The notes beneath the pieces are model-generated. The model was not told the origin of the DNA, made no database searches, and saw only the letters and a list, made by a program, of their open reading frames with translations. A stretch of DNA of 64,000 bases from Turneriella sp. (GTDB taxonomy: Bacteria; Spirochaetota; Leptospiria; Turneriellales; Turneriellaceae). Shown here one piece after another: positions 19,010-29,727 of this stretch; the stretch's first letter is position 1, and every line of letters begins with the position of its first letter. The DNA lies in contig CBDIID010000003.1 in the NCBI GenBank assembly GCA_965279515.1, positions 1,760,001 through 1,824,000 on the forward strand. The letters are read 5' to 3'. The position numbers and the translations under genes were made by a program.

Positions 19010-20182
19010 ATGCCATCTGATGGTCGCTATCTTACAGAAATCATCCGGACCGACGCGGCCAGCAAAATGGTTATCCTGGCTGGCCCCCGCCAGGCAGGCA
19101 AAACGACACTCTGCCGCCACCTGGATGCAGACCATGAATATCTGAATTTCGACGTCGACCGGCACCGCAAAATCATGCGCGAACGCACATGGGACCGGTC
19201 AAAAAAGTATCTGATTTTCGATGAGCTGCATAAAATGCCAAAATGGAAGAACTGGCTCAAAGGCATTATCGATGACGACGAGGAAAACCAGCGCATTCTC
19301 GTCACGGGCAGTGCGCGGCTTGAAACTTTCAGAAAAACCGGCGACTCCCTGGCGGGGCGTTTTTTCCAATACCGGCTGCACCCCTTTGACCTGAAGGAGA
19401 TTTCAACCTGGGAAAAAAAAACTCCCGGTGATGAAATTATCACCCGCATGCTGACCTGCGGTAACTTCCCGGAGCCATATCTTAAGGGATCGCTCGCGTT
19501 CTACAACAAATGGAAAACGGCGCACATCGACATCATTCTGCGGCAGGATCTCATCGATCTCGAACCGGTGCGCGACCTGAAGGGCGTCGAACTGCTTATA
19601 GATCTCCTGCGTGAACGCGTCGGCTCCCCCCTGTCTGCAAACTCGCTGGCGCGCGACTTGCAGAAAGACCACAAAACAATTCAGCACTGGCTGACCATCC
19701 TGGAAAATCTCTACGTCATTTTCACGGTCCGACCTTACCACCGCAATGTCGCACGCGCGATTCTGAAAGAACCCAAAATCTACTTCTTCGATACGGCACA
19801 GGTTGAAGGTGACGACGGCGTAAAATTTGAAAATCTCGTTGCCTGCGCGCTTTTTAAAGAAGTACAGTATTGCACCGACGCGCTGGGGCAAAAGCTCGAC
19901 CTGCACTATGTCCGCAATAAAGACGGTAAAGAGGTGGATTTCCTCGTGACGCGCGATAAAAAACCCGAACGCCTTATCGAAACGAAGCTCGGCGATGAAA
20001 ACATTTCACCGCACCTCAAAACCTTTGCGGCGATGCTCGGAACAAAACTCAACACCCAGGTCAACAGAACAGCGGCAAGGGAGCAGACGTTACGCGGCGG
20101 TTTTGAGCTGAGGCGCGCCGCTGATTGGCTCGCCCGACTGGACCTTTCAGCGCATAAAGAATTCGAGCGCAAACCAGAATAG
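19010..20182 (+). CDS. AAA_14 ATPase with DUF4143 domain
   Basis: GPRQAGKT, FDELHK, TGSA, SLAGR, PKIYFFD, EVDF...LIETK. Confidence 0.88.
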   Translation: MPSDGRYLTEIIRTDAASKMVILAGPRQAGKTTLCRHLDADHEYLNFDVDRHRKIMRERTWDRSKKYLIFDELHKMPKWKNWLKGIIDDDEENQRILVTGSARLETFRKTGDSLAGRFFQYRLHPFDLKEISTWEKKTPGDEIITRMLTCGNFPEPYLKGSLAFYNKWKTAHIDIILRQDLIDLEPVRDLKGVELLIDLLRERVGSPLSANSLARDLQKDHKTIQHWLTILENLYVIFTVRPYHRNVARAILKEPKIYFFDTAQVEGDDGVKFENLVACALFKEVQYCTDALGQKLDLHYVRNKDGKEVDFLVTRDKKPERLIETKLGDENISPHLKTFAAMLGTKLNTQVNRTAAREQTLRGGFELRRAADWLARLDLSAHKEFERKPE

Positions 20183-21301
20183 ATCCATCGCGCCGGGGCT
20201 GGTGACGGTGCCGAAGAAGGCGCGGCGCGGCAGGCCGAATTTCAGATTCAGCTCTTTGAGTTCATGCATCTGCTCGCCGTCAAGGACCAACTTCTTAAAT
20301 TCCTTTTGTGAGCTATCGGAAAAATTCTGCGCGAGCAATGTCTTCACCGCGGCGCCGGCTGAGAGATGCCCCATTATAAAGGAAGAACGGATGCCCGAAC
20401 CGCCGCGCGCCTCGACCTGCCCCACGGCGTCGCCTGCCAGAATCAGATTCGGTGCGGGCAGAATATCTGCCCCGACATCGCCCATCGGTATTAGCGTATT
20501 CGTCTCGTAATAACGCTCCGAGCCCTTGAGTTTCTCGCCGAACACCGGGTGCAGGGTTTCAAAGTTGTCGATGATTTCGGCGATCTTTTTGAAATTGAGC
20601 GGCACTTCAGGCTTTTGTGCCGCGTCGGTGATAAACATCACCAAAACCTCGGCTTCTTGATTACCGCGCGGGAAAATTGCCGCGATCGCAGGGTATGTCT
20701 CATCGACATGGAAAAAATATTCGAGATGGTCGTCGCGGCCCTGGTAATTGCGGACGAGATATTTCCGCAAGGGGATATCCAACCGGCTCTTCGCTCTTTT
20801 GTCGCGGTCGATTGTCGGGTCACTGTGACCGCCCGTGGCGAAAAACAGATCGGCTTCAAAGCGGCGCTCGCTACCCGCCACATCGGCGACGGCTGCGGCA
20901 ATACGGCTGCCGGTCTTATCGTAACGCAAAACATTTGCACCAGTGATAATCTCGGCGCCCGCCTCGCGCGCGACGCGTGCGAGAGTCTGCACAAAACGCG
21001 GGTATTCGATGATGAGATTCCACGTCGAGATCTGGCGGTCGGCCTTTTTTTTCCCGGTGTGAGAATAGTACGTGCGCTTGTTGATGCGGTGGATGGTCTG
21101 CTCGGCAAAAAAGCCTTTGTACAGCAGGTCTTCCATGCCCTGGTGGAAACGGATGGTTTCGCCGCGGCGGTTAATCCCCACTTCTTTTTCTTTTTCGAGA
21201 ACAGTGACTTTGACGCCTGAGCGCGCAAGGCTGAGCGCAGCCCCTAGACCGGCGGGGCCGGCGCCAACAATGACGGCTGTCTTACCTGACATCACTGTCA
21301 T
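20147..21301 (-). CDS. FAD-dependent oxidoreductase (geranylgeranyl reductase-like)
   Basis: IVGAGPAG Rossmann motif; LAGDAVGQV...GSGI. Confidence 0.8.
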   Translation of the reverse strand: MTVMSGKTAVIVGAGPAGLGAALSLARSGVKVTVLEKEKEVGINRRGETIRFHQGMEDLLYKGFFAEQTIHRINKRTYYSHTGKKKADRQISTWNLIIEYPRFVQTLARVAREAGAEIITGANVLRYDKTGSRIAAAVADVAGSERRFEADLFFATGGHSDPTIDRDKRAKSRLDIPLRKYLVRNYQGRDDHLEYFFHVDETYPAIAAIFPRGNQEAEVLVMFITDAAQKPEVPLNFKKIAEIIDNFETLHPVFGEKLKGSERYYETNTLIPMGDVGADILPAPNLILAGDAVGQVEARGGSGIRSSFIMGHLSAGAAVKTLLAQNFSDSSQKEFKKLVLDGEQMHELKELNLKFGLPRRAFFGTVTSPGAMDLFWFALEFFMR

Positions 21302-21348
21302 TATTTATTGGGATTCAGGACGACAAGCAGATCGTTGCCGTATGCCCA

Positions 21349-21840
21349 TCAATTTTCGGAAATTTTCTGCAGCGCTGCGGCCGTCAACTGACGCCAATAC
21401 TCTGCGCAGCCGTCAGAGCCTTCAGCGGGCGCCCAGGGCGCAAATTCCTTATCATTCGTAACAATGTATGGCCCGGGCTTAACCTCATAACAGACAGCGG
21501 TGTCGCTAAGAACAATAATCGTGTGCCAGATGCCGGCGCCGACATCGACACCATAGTTTGCCCCAGCGCCCAAACGGTGCACTGCGCGGATTTCCCCGGT
21601 ATTTTCAAAGATCACACAGGCAACACTGCCCTCGAGCACCAGAAAGGACTCGGGTTTAGGCGGGTTGGCGTGGCGGTGAGGCGTAAAATAAGCGTCTTTC
21701 AGCATCACGTTCAGAAAACGATTGGGATTTTCCCCGAGACTGGCGTGGAAATTGTGATTCACACGGCGCCGTGGTGCGGTTTTGGCTTTTTTGACGAGCT
21801 CACCCACAAGACCGGGTGAAATCAGCTGAACTTCTGGCAT
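21349..21840 (-). CDS. WbuC family cupin-fold metalloprotein
   Basis: PRRRVNHNFH, PHRH, WHT, EVKPGPY, FAPWAP. Confidence 0.85.
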   Translation of the reverse strand: MPEVQLISPGLVGELVKKAKTAPRRRVNHNFHASLGENPNRFLNVMLKDAYFTPHRHANPPKPESFLVLEGSVACVIFENTGEIRAVHRLGAGANYGVDVGAGIWHTIIVLSDTAVCYEVKPGPYIVTNDKEFAPWAPAEGSDGCAEYWRQLTAAALQKISEN

Positions 21841-21940
21841 CTATAGCACTTCAAAAAGCTGCAACCGCCCGCCAAGCCGAATCGCCTGCCCTTGAAGCGA
21901 AAATCTCTTGCAGCACCAAGCGCCGCTCTTAACGTGTTTC

Positions 21941-22273
21941 ATGCAGGTGATGGTTTCTCAGCTTTGGGACAATTTTATGTTCTTTCTTGTTGTCGGCGTA
22001 TTTATTGAACTTGCTGTTTCTGCTATTTTTTCGATCCGCATTATCGACGATTTCCTCAATACAACGTTATTGCGTTCCATTAAAAATGCCCTCGTCATCA
22101 TCGCCTCCTTCGGCATCTGCGCGAAAATCGATTCGCTGCGTTTCTTTTACGGAACCAAACTGGCAATGCCTGAAATGATCCATTTTATACTCTCCAGTCT
22201 CGTGCTCGCGCGTATGGCCAATCTCGTGCACGAGTTGATCAACTACATCAAGGCGCGAAGCAAGGCCATGTGA
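21941..22273 (+). CDS. Small hypothetical membrane protein
   Basis: Three hydrophobic segments; lies directly upstream of the cyclase gene; start uncertain. Confidence 0.6.
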   Translation: MQVMVSQLWDNFMFFLVVGVFIELAVSAIFSIRIIDDFLNTTLLRSIKNALVIIASFGICAKIDSLRFFYGTKLAMPEMIHFILSSLVLARMANLVHELINYIKARSKAM

Positions 22274-22298
22274 TACGCGGCGACGGGCGGGCAGCACG

Positions 22299-24188
22299 AT
22301 GAAAAATTTATCGTTGCGCTACAAACTGATGGTGATCACCTCGGGGTTGATTATCGTCAGCCTCGTTGTGCTTTCGGTCATTTCGATCCGGTATTTTTCC
22401 CAGGACAAAACCGATCTCATCAAAAGCCAGATGAACGATACGGTTAAACTGATCGCAGAAAAACTCAAAACTGAAATCTCCACCAAAATGGATACCCTGG
22501 CGCTCTTTGATCGCCTCGGTGGCGGTGCAGCGAATGCCGCCGCTCCTAAGCGACGCGGCCGCATCGTGAAGAAAGCGGCGCCACAGAATACGACGGCAAA
22601 CAGCGACCTGATTCCTGAAAGTGCGGGAATCCTCCGCGTCAGCCGTTATGTCTACACTGCCCAGGGAGTGACACGCACCGCGAAACGCGATGTCGCCGCA
22701 CTTCTGCAAAAGGCCGAGATTGACGCTGATTCCCTCGACCGCGATGAGACGCGCCTCGCCGAAAAACTGGTTCCTGTTTTCAAGGGGCAATCGCTGCTGC
22801 TGACACGCACACAATCATTCGGCAAACCGGTCTGGTTTCTCGCGTTCCCCATCGTACAAAACCTGGTCGCGACAAAAGTCATCGCGGCGTATCTGCAAAC
22901 AGAGCTGCTGGATTCAGCATTCAAATCGCAGCTCTATACTTCTTTCTTCATCGACAGCGAACGCGGCATCGTTGTCCATACAGACAAACAGGAAACTCTC
23001 GCGGGCCGCAACGCCAAAGACCACCCTGCCGTCACATTTCTGACGGGACAACCTGCGCGCACCGCTTTCTCGATCTATAGAGCCCCCGATGGTGCAGGTG
23101 AGAACTTCGGCGCCTATTCAAAACTCGACATCGGCAATACTGCCGTGGTCGTTGAAATATCCAAAGACAAAGCGCTCGAATCGGTGAACCGGCTGCGCAC
23201 AACAGCGGCGCTCATCGCCGGCATCATCATTCTTATCGCATTGCTGCTGGTTTATTTTTTCGCCAAAACAATTTCAGAACCGATCCGTGAATTGAAGCTT
23301 GCAGCTGACCGCATCAAAAGCGGCGATTACAGCACCCACCTCACACCGCGCAGCGGCGACGAAGTCGGCGCGCTGACGCAGGCCTTCAATGACATGGCTG
23401 TGGGTTTAGAGGAGCGCGAAAAGCTCAAGGGTGCGCTCGGTAAATTTGTGAACCCTGAGATCGCCGAGAAGGCGATGAAGGGCGAACTCAAACTCGGCGG
23501 CGAGCGCCGGGTCGCCACGATCTTCTTTTCGGATATTCGTTCTTTCACGGCGATCTCTGAGAAACTCGAACCCGAAGAGGTTGTCGAGTTCCTGAACGCC
23601 TACATGACGATCATGGTCAAGATCATCGGGCAGTACAACGGCATCGTCGATAAATTCATCGGTGATGCGATTATGGCCGTCTGGGGAGTACCCGAATCGA
23701 AGGGCAATGACGCGCTGAACGCCGTGAATGCCACGATTGAAATGCGCACAGCGCTTCTCGAATTTAACAAGGGCCGTGGCTCGGACAAAAAACCTGTCAT
23801 CAAAATCGGCTGCGGCCTCAACACGGGGCCCGTACTCGCCGGGCAAATCGGCTCCGACGACCGCCTCGATTATACCGTGATCGGCGATGCGGTGAATCTC
23901 GCATCGCGCGTCGAAACGCTCAATAAACCTTTCGGCACCGACATTCTGATTTCAGAAGATACTTACCAAATCGTCAAAAACGAATTCGACTGCGAGGCGA
24001 TGCAAAAGATCAAGGTCAAGGGAAAATCCGAACCGCAGCAGATCTATGCCGTGATACGGAAGAAATCCGACAAGTCGGGACCCAAGAACCTTAAAGAGCT
24101 GCGTGCGCTGCTCGGCATCGACATGAAGGGCAAACCCGCAAAATCGGGTGACGACGAAGAAGTGAAATATGAAATTCTCGAAGGGTGA
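22299..24188 (+). CDS. Class III adenylate/guanylate cyclase with periplasmic sensor and HAMP
   Basis: 2 TM helices; HAMP (DEVGALTQAFNDM); FSDIRSFT, DKFIGDA, DYTVIGDAVNLASR. Confidence 0.93.
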   Translation: MKNLSLRYKLMVITSGLIIVSLVVLSVISIRYFSQDKTDLIKSQMNDTVKLIAEKLKTEISTKMDTLALFDRLGGGAANAAAPKRRGRIVKKAAPQNTTANSDLIPESAGILRVSRYVYTAQGVTRTAKRDVAALLQKAEIDADSLDRDETRLAEKLVPVFKGQSLLLTRTQSFGKPVWFLAFPIVQNLVATKVIAAYLQTELLDSAFKSQLYTSFFIDSERGIVVHTDKQETLAGRNAKDHPAVTFLTGQPARTAFSIYRAPDGAGENFGAYSKLDIGNTAVVVEISKDKALESVNRLRTTAALIAGIIILIALLLVYFFAKTISEPIRELKLAADRIKSGDYSTHLTPRSGDEVGALTQAFNDMAVGLEEREKLKGALGKFVNPEIAEKAMKGELKLGGERRVATIFFSDIRSFTAISEKLEPEEVVEFLNAYMTIMVKIIGQYNGIVDKFIGDAIMAVWGVPESKGNDALNAVNATIEMRTALLEFNKGRGSDKKPVIKIGCGLNTGPVLAGQIGSDDRLDYTVIGDAVNLASRVETLNKPFGTDILISEDTYQIVKNEFDCEAMQKIKVKGKSEPQQIYAVIRKKSDKSGPKNLKELRALLGIDMKGKPAKSGDDEEVKYEILEG

Positions 24189-26208
24189 TAGTCTCTTCAC
24201 AGCCGGCATTCTTATCGGCGTCGCGGTCTTAGCTGGCCTGCTCTATCTGCATGGCCGCGAACGCGGCGCAGGCAGCGGTAAAACCATCGGCAAAGTTTTC
24301 TTTAAGCGTGAAGTTGCCATGCGCAAGTTTTCAAACCGCATGGTCTGGGAAGATGTCGAAAACGGCAGCCCGCTCTACTCGCACGACGCTGTGATGACCG
24401 GTAACCTGTCCGATGCAGAACTCGCGCTCGATTCGGGGCTGAAACTACGCCTCGAGGCAAATACCCTTGTCGAACTCGACCTCGAAGACTCGGGTCTCAA
24501 CCTGCGCCTCTCGGGCGGCGGCATCAAAACCGCAGGGGTGCAGACCTCGCAAACCTTAGTGACGACCAGCAACGGTCAGGTCATGAATGTCACCGATGGT
24601 TCAGCCGCCATACGTACGCAAGGGAACCAGGTCGCCGTCGAAGTTAAAGAGGGCAAGGTCGAGGTGACTGGCAAAGATGGCAAAAAAGAGACTGTCGCCA
24701 AAAATGAAATTCTCTCTGCCGGAAAAAAATCCCGCGCGGCGCTCGAGGTTTTGTCGCCGGCAGAAGACGCCCTGACACTTTCTGCGGGGGCAACCGGCAA
24801 CGTCAAAGTGAAATGCAGCCCGGGCGAGGCTGCGAAAACCGTTGAGCTCTCGCAAGGTTCCGGTAACGCAACGAAGAGTTATGCGCTAAAGAGCGGTGAA
24901 GCTCTGCTTTCGCTCGGCGCCGGTGACTGGCTCATGCGTTGCGTGGGTGACAATGCACAATCGTCTGCACGCCGTTTCCGCGTCGTGAATGCCGGCGGTT
25001 ATAAACTCTACCGGCCTGAAAAGGCGGATATCCCCTTTGACGACAAGCCGGTACTGCGCCTCGAATACAAGCCGCCGCAAAACGTCACGACGACACAGGT
25101 CGAGGTCGCAGATAATGCACAATTTACCCAGCCGCTGTATTCGCAGACACGTGCTGATACTGCTTTGCAAATTGCGCTCCCCAAAGCGGGCAAATATTAT
25201 TACCGCTTGAAACCCGTTGCCGAGACGGGAAAACTCGACCTGCAGATGCCGGCGCTCACCGGCATTGTGAACCTGATCCAAAGCACGAAACGCATACCGC
25301 TGGCATTCGTGGCGCTGAATGCGCCGGTTTTTTCGCAGGCGCAGGTAGAGGCGGGTAAAGCCGTTGTCAGCTTCGAAGGCGCGGGCAAATATACGGTGCA
25401 GATTCAGAAAAAGGGTGAAAACAAACCGGTGATGAGCGCCGAGACCCAACCCGGACCAATCAAAATACCCGAGAACCTCGGCGCCGGTAAATATGAAATC
25501 CGCCTGACCTCGGCCGCAGAGAAAGTCACACTGCCCTTCGAAGTCAGGGACAAGATCAAAGTCGACCTTCTCACGCCGGCGAACGGTGCCGTGATTTCCC
25601 TGGCGCCCGGCGAAAAAGGCGCGGCATTGCCACTCAGCTGGCGTGGCAGCGAAGAGGTTGTGCTCTACCAATTGGTGCTGGCCGACGACCCGGGCTTCAA
25701 AAATATTCTCAAAAAGATCAACGTCGAGGGGAGTGACTTCCGTTTCACCGGGCTTTCCGCGCGCAAATATTACCTGCGCGTGCTGGCGCTCGAGAACGGT
25801 GTGCCGCGCGCCGAGAGTGCGGTTCATACAGTTACAGTGGAAGAAAAATTGGCAGAGGTCTCGGGGCTTTATCCCAAGCCGGAGCAAAAGATCGACATCA
25901 CCAAGGCAGCAGGGCTCAACCTCAAATGGCAGCCCGTAACCGGTGCGACATCGTATGAGGTGAAAATTTTTCAGAAACGTAAGGGTACGCTGACACTCGT
26001 CGATGCCCGCACGACGAAAAACCCAAACCTCACCGTTTCTGATTTTAAGAAGCTCAAAGAAGGCGATGTCGTGTGGGAAGTGCGTGCACAGCAGAGCAAT
26101 GCCGAAGGGCGTATTGTACAGAAGAGCGAACCGGTACGCAGCCACGTGAATTTATCGTTCGGACCAAACCTGCCTGCACCCGAAATTGTTCCTGTTGTCG
26201 AAGAATGA
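24169..26208 (+). CDS. FecR-domain protein with Ig/FN3-like repeats
   Basis: N-terminal TM; AELALDSGLKLRLEANT, VEVKEGKVEV; repeated beta-rich segments ending GKYYYRL/GKYEIRL/KYYLRV. Confidence 0.72.
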   Translation: MKFSKGDSLFTAGILIGVAVLAGLLYLHGRERGAGSGKTIGKVFFKREVAMRKFSNRMVWEDVENGSPLYSHDAVMTGNLSDAELALDSGLKLRLEANTLVELDLEDSGLNLRLSGGGIKTAGVQTSQTLVTTSNGQVMNVTDGSAAIRTQGNQVAVEVKEGKVEVTGKDGKKETVAKNEILSAGKKSRAALEVLSPAEDALTLSAGATGNVKVKCSPGEAAKTVELSQGSGNATKSYALKSGEALLSLGAGDWLMRCVGDNAQSSARRFRVVNAGGYKLYRPEKADIPFDDKPVLRLEYKPPQNVTTTQVEVADNAQFTQPLYSQTRADTALQIALPKAGKYYYRLKPVAETGKLDLQMPALTGIVNLIQSTKRIPLAFVALNAPVFSQAQVEAGKAVVSFEGAGKYTVQIQKKGENKPVMSAETQPGPIKIPENLGAGKYEIRLTSAAEKVTLPFEVRDKIKVDLLTPANGAVISLAPGEKGAALPLSWRGSEEVVLYQLVLADDPGFKNILKKINVEGSDFRFTGLSARKYYLRVLALENGVPRAESAVHTVTVEEKLAEVSGLYPKPEQKIDITKAAGLNLKWQPVTGATSYEVKIFQKRKGTLTLVDARTTKNPNLTVSDFKKLKEGDVVWEVRAQQSNAEGRIVQKSEPVRSHVNLSFGPNLPAPEIVPVVEE

Positions 26209-26233
26209 CGTAAATCCCCGTCAGTTAAAGAAT

Positions 26234-27292
26234 ATGCTTCCGGAAAATGCGCTTGCGGGTGCTCACCTGCTCATCGTCGACGATTCGCCCGCAAACCTGA
26301 TGATACTGGAAAAAATACTCAGCCGCCAAAACTGCCGGGTCAGCCAGGCAACGAGTGGTGAGCAAGCCCTCGAAATTGTGTACGCCGATAAACCTGAGCT
26401 CATCTTACTCGACGTTATGATGCCCGGTATGAACGGTTTTGAAGTCTGTCGCTCACTGAAGTCTGCTCCGGACACGGCTCATATTCCGGTGATCTTTGTT
26501 ACGGCCGCAGACGAAATCGACCAGGTTAAGGAAGGCTTTGCCTCGGGTGGTGCCGACTTTATCCGCAAGCCATTTCAGCCCGACGAGCTCGTCGCACGCG
26601 GCCGCCTGCACATTGAAAATATCCGCTTACGCGGCCACCTCGAAGCCCAGGTCAGGGCGCGCACTGCCGAATTATCGGGAGCCCTCAAAAATCTGCACGG
26701 GGCAAACCAGGAATTAATCCGGCGGTTAAGCCAGGCCGCAGAGTTACGCGACAATGAGACCGCCAACCACCTGCACCGTATGAGTCATTATTCGGTTGCG
26801 ATCGCGCGGGCCATCGGCCTCGATGAAGAAGTCCTGGCGATGCTGGCACAGGCCAGCCCGATGCATGACATTGGTAAAATTGGGATTCCCGACCGCATTC
26901 TTCTAAAACCGGGCAAACTGACACCGGAAGAGTTTGCCGAGATGAAAAAACATCCCCAAATCGGCGCAGACCTGTTGTCGGGACTCGAAGCGCCGATTAT
27001 CCGCATGGCCGCAACGATTGCCCTCACACACCACGAAAAATTTGACGGCTCCGGATATCCCCACGGCCTCAAGGGCAAGGAAATTCCGATCGAAGGCCGC
27101 ATTGTCGCCATCGCCGATGTCTTCGATGCACTGACGACCAGCCGCCCCTACAAAGAGCCGTGGCCCGTGGAGAAAGCTGTTGCCTTTATGCGTGAGCAAT
27201 CGGGCAAACATTTTGATCCGCAGCTGATCGCCCGATTCGATGAGGTGCACGATGAGATCATGGCTATCTTTTCGAAGCTCTCGGATGCTTAG
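26234..27292 (+). CDS. Response regulator with HD-GYP c-di-GMP phosphodiesterase domain
   Basis: LLDVMMP; MHDIGK; HHEKFDGSGYP; ADVFDAL. Confidence 0.93.
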   Translation: MLPENALAGAHLLIVDDSPANLMILEKILSRQNCRVSQATSGEQALEIVYADKPELILLDVMMPGMNGFEVCRSLKSAPDTAHIPVIFVTAADEIDQVKEGFASGGADFIRKPFQPDELVARGRLHIENIRLRGHLEAQVRARTAELSGALKNLHGANQELIRRLSQAAELRDNETANHLHRMSHYSVAIARAIGLDEEVLAMLAQASPMHDIGKIGIPDRILLKPGKLTPEEFAEMKKHPQIGADLLSGLEAPIIRMAATIALTHHEKFDGSGYPHGLKGKEIPIEGRIVAIADVFDALTTSRPYKEPWPVEKAVAFMREQSGKHFDPQLIARFDEVHDEIMAIFSKLSDA

Positions 27293-29727
27293 CCTATCTC
27301 AAGCGGCTTGCGGAAAGGTATCTCGACGGTAAACACTGTACCTTCGGAAAGTTTACTTTCCACGGTGATGTGACCGCCCATAGCCTGTACGATTTGTTGG
27401 CTGATCGTGAGGCCAAGGCCGGTGCCGCCGAACCGGCGCGTTGTCGACTGGTCTGCCTGGCGGAACGGTTCAAAAATGATTTCCAGGTTCCCGGGATCGA
27501 TGCCAATGCCCGTATCACGGATCCGGAAAACATAGGGCACCATGCCATTCTGCCCGGCTTTGCTCGCGATTTCCAGTGTGATATTTCCGCGCTCTGTGAA
27601 TTTCAGCGCATTCCCTAACAGATTCAGCAGCACCTGCCGCAACCGCGTCGGATCGCCCAAGACAATCGTATCGAGCGACTCAGGCATTATCATCTCAATC
27701 ACCACAGGCTTCGCGCGTGCCTGTGTTCTGATGATAGGCATCATTTCAGCCGCGAGATGACGCAGGTCGAATTCAATATTTTCGAGTTCTAACTTACCCG
27801 ATTCAACCTTAGCCAGGTCGAGAATGCTGTTTATCTGGCGCAGCAAAACCTGCCCGGAATCTTCAATGATGCCAGCCAGGTCGGTCTGCTCGGCATTGAG
27901 ACCTGAATCTTTCAGCACGGCCGCCATCCCCAGAATGCCGTGCAGGGGTGTGCGCAGCTCATGGCTCATGCTTGCCAGAAACTGGCTCTTTGCCTGATTT
28001 GCAGCCTCAGCCCGGTCACGGGCATCGACGAGTTCGATCTCGGTCTGCTTCAGTGCTGTGATATCAATCATGACGCCGTCCAGCCAGAGCAGCTCTCCGG
28101 TATCGTCGTAAATGCGCTGGCCGCGGTCCTCGATCCAGACCGTACCGCCGTATTTTGTGATGATGCGGTAATTGTGACGGTAACGATCCGGGGTTCCCGC
28201 GAGTTCCTGCTGCATCATCGCATCGAGATCGCCCGGTTCCATGATACTGGCGAAAGTCCGGCCTGCATCATTGATAAATTCTGAAGCGGCATAGCCCGTG
28301 AGTTTTTCAACCTCGTTGCTGATGAAGAACATCGTCCAGGGAAACTCCGGGGCACAACGGTAGGCCATACCGGGGATATTGTTGATAACGTTGGTGAGTT
28401 GCTGCTGGCTCAGCTGTGACATGACGCGCGCGTTCGCCAGTTCGCGCGTGCGCAGCCGGATGACCTCCTGGAGCTGGTCGTTGAGCTGTAATTGCAGCCT
28501 CTCCTTTTCTGCAAAGACAGTCATCGATCGCCGCGATGTCACTATAGCCTGGCAGAGAATAAAAACAACCATGCCGAAGGGGCCCAGCTGGCCGATGCGG
28601 ATGAACTCCAGGTTGAAGAGTATGTCATTCAGGGTAAACAGCGCCAGGACTAAGGCGCCTGCGAGAAAAAGCCGGACACCCTTCGAATCGCTGCGCAGCA
28701 GGCGCGCGAGCTCCACGAGGCTCCAGATCATAAATCCGAAAAACAGCAAGTTAGATGGCAGAACGGTGTAGCTGTAGAGACGCGCGGGAAGCAGTAGTGT
28801 CAGGGCAAAGAGGATTGCCAGAGTATAACAGATCGGTACGAGTTTCTTAAACCGCAGGTTCCCGAAAACCTCTTCCACAAAATGAATACCGAGCGGCACG
28901 CTGAGAAACCAGGAAAGATATTCGAGCCGTGAATAAACTCCGAACGGTATGGCTGGCAGGTACTCGGGCAGAACGCGCGCGCTCGTTGTGACGAGGCGGA
29001 TAAAAAGCGTAAAGCAGAAGAGCGCAAAGAGCAGGGAGCTGTTGCCGCGGCGGTAATAAAAATGCACGCCGAGGTGGTACATGAACATGATGAGCAGACA
29101 TCCTGATGCGAAAACCTCGAGCCATTGCCGGCGCATGAGGCCGCTGCGGATCACAGGGTCTGTCCCGAGCTTTACGACATTCCACATGCCGCCTTTACGG
29201 TAATGTTGATTTGCAATCTGCAGATCGAGCCGCAGCTCAGGCCCTGCCGCGGGTAACGTCAGCACAAGAGGTTTGGTATCCGGGACGGTCGAAATTTCGT
29301 CAACGCCGACCCTTCCCCTCTCACCCATCAATTTGCCATTGGCAAATACGCGCACCGCAGTCCCCTGCTCAAACATCGAAAGCGCCAGTGGCGCGTTAAG
29401 TTCAGGAAGAAGAATAACCAGGGAATACGTGGCATACCCGCGCCCGGGTAATGGCCCGACAGCTGTCTGCATTCCCGTCCATGACCGCGGAGCATCAGCA
29501 AAGGTTGTTGCCTTGTCGCCGCGATTGTCTGAGACGCGCAGCTCATTCCAATAAAACGCCCACTCGCCCTTAAGCTCAGCCGCTTCAACACTAAAGTCAT
29601 GCTGGCGCAGGTCGATCACACCATGCGTAGCGCGCGGCGGCTGCATGCTGGCCGCAAAGAGAGCCAGCGGCCCGCAAAGGATATAAACCCAGAAGAGATT
29701 CTGTAGCATCCCTTTCACCCCAAACAC
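27289..29727 (-). CDS. 7TM-DISM/PAS sensor histidine kinase
   Basis: LKGEWAFYW extracellular domain; about 7 TM helices; PAS (IPGMAYRC); SHELRTP; NLLGNALKFT; GGTGLGL. Confidence 0.9.
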   Translation of the reverse strand: MFGVKGMLQNLFWVYILCGPLALFAASMQPPRATHGVIDLRQHDFSVEAAELKGEWAFYWNELRVSDNRGDKATTFADAPRSWTGMQTAVGPLPGRGYATYSLVILLPELNAPLALSMFEQGTAVRVFANGKLMGERGRVGVDEISTVPDTKPLVLTLPAAGPELRLDLQIANQHYRKGGMWNVVKLGTDPVIRSGLMRRQWLEVFASGCLLIMFMYHLGVHFYYRRGNSSLLFALFCFTLFIRLVTTSARVLPEYLPAIPFGVYSRLEYLSWFLSVPLGIHFVEEVFGNLRFKKLVPICYTLAILFALTLLLPARLYSYTVLPSNLLFFGFMIWSLVELARLLRSDSKGVRLFLAGALVLALFTLNDILFNLEFIRIGQLGPFGMVVFILCQAIVTSRRSMTVFAEKERLQLQLNDQLQEVIRLRTRELANARVMSQLSQQQLTNVINNIPGMAYRCAPEFPWTMFFISNEVEKLTGYAASEFINDAGRTFASIMEPGDLDAMMQQELAGTPDRYRHNYRIITKYGGTVWIEDRGQRIYDDTGELLWLDGVMIDITALKQTEIELVDARDRAEAANQAKSQFLASMSHELRTPLHGILGMAAVLKDSGLNAEQTDLAGIIEDSGQVLLRQINSILDLAKVESGKLELENIEFDLRHLAAEMMPIIRTQARAKPVVIEMIMPESLDTIVLGDPTRLRQVLLNLLGNALKFTERGNITLEIASKAGQNGMVPYVFRIRDTGIGIDPGNLEIIFEPFRQADQSTTRRFGGTGLGLTISQQIVQAMGGHITVESKLSEGTVFTVEIPFRKPLEIG

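Noticed and set aside
20147..20182. 36-nt tail-to-tail overlap of the AAA and oxidoreductase genes
   Set aside because: Short convergent overlaps are common in this compact window.
24886..26145. 419-aa antisense ORF
   Set aside because: Shadow of the FecR-domain gene; no recognisable motifs.
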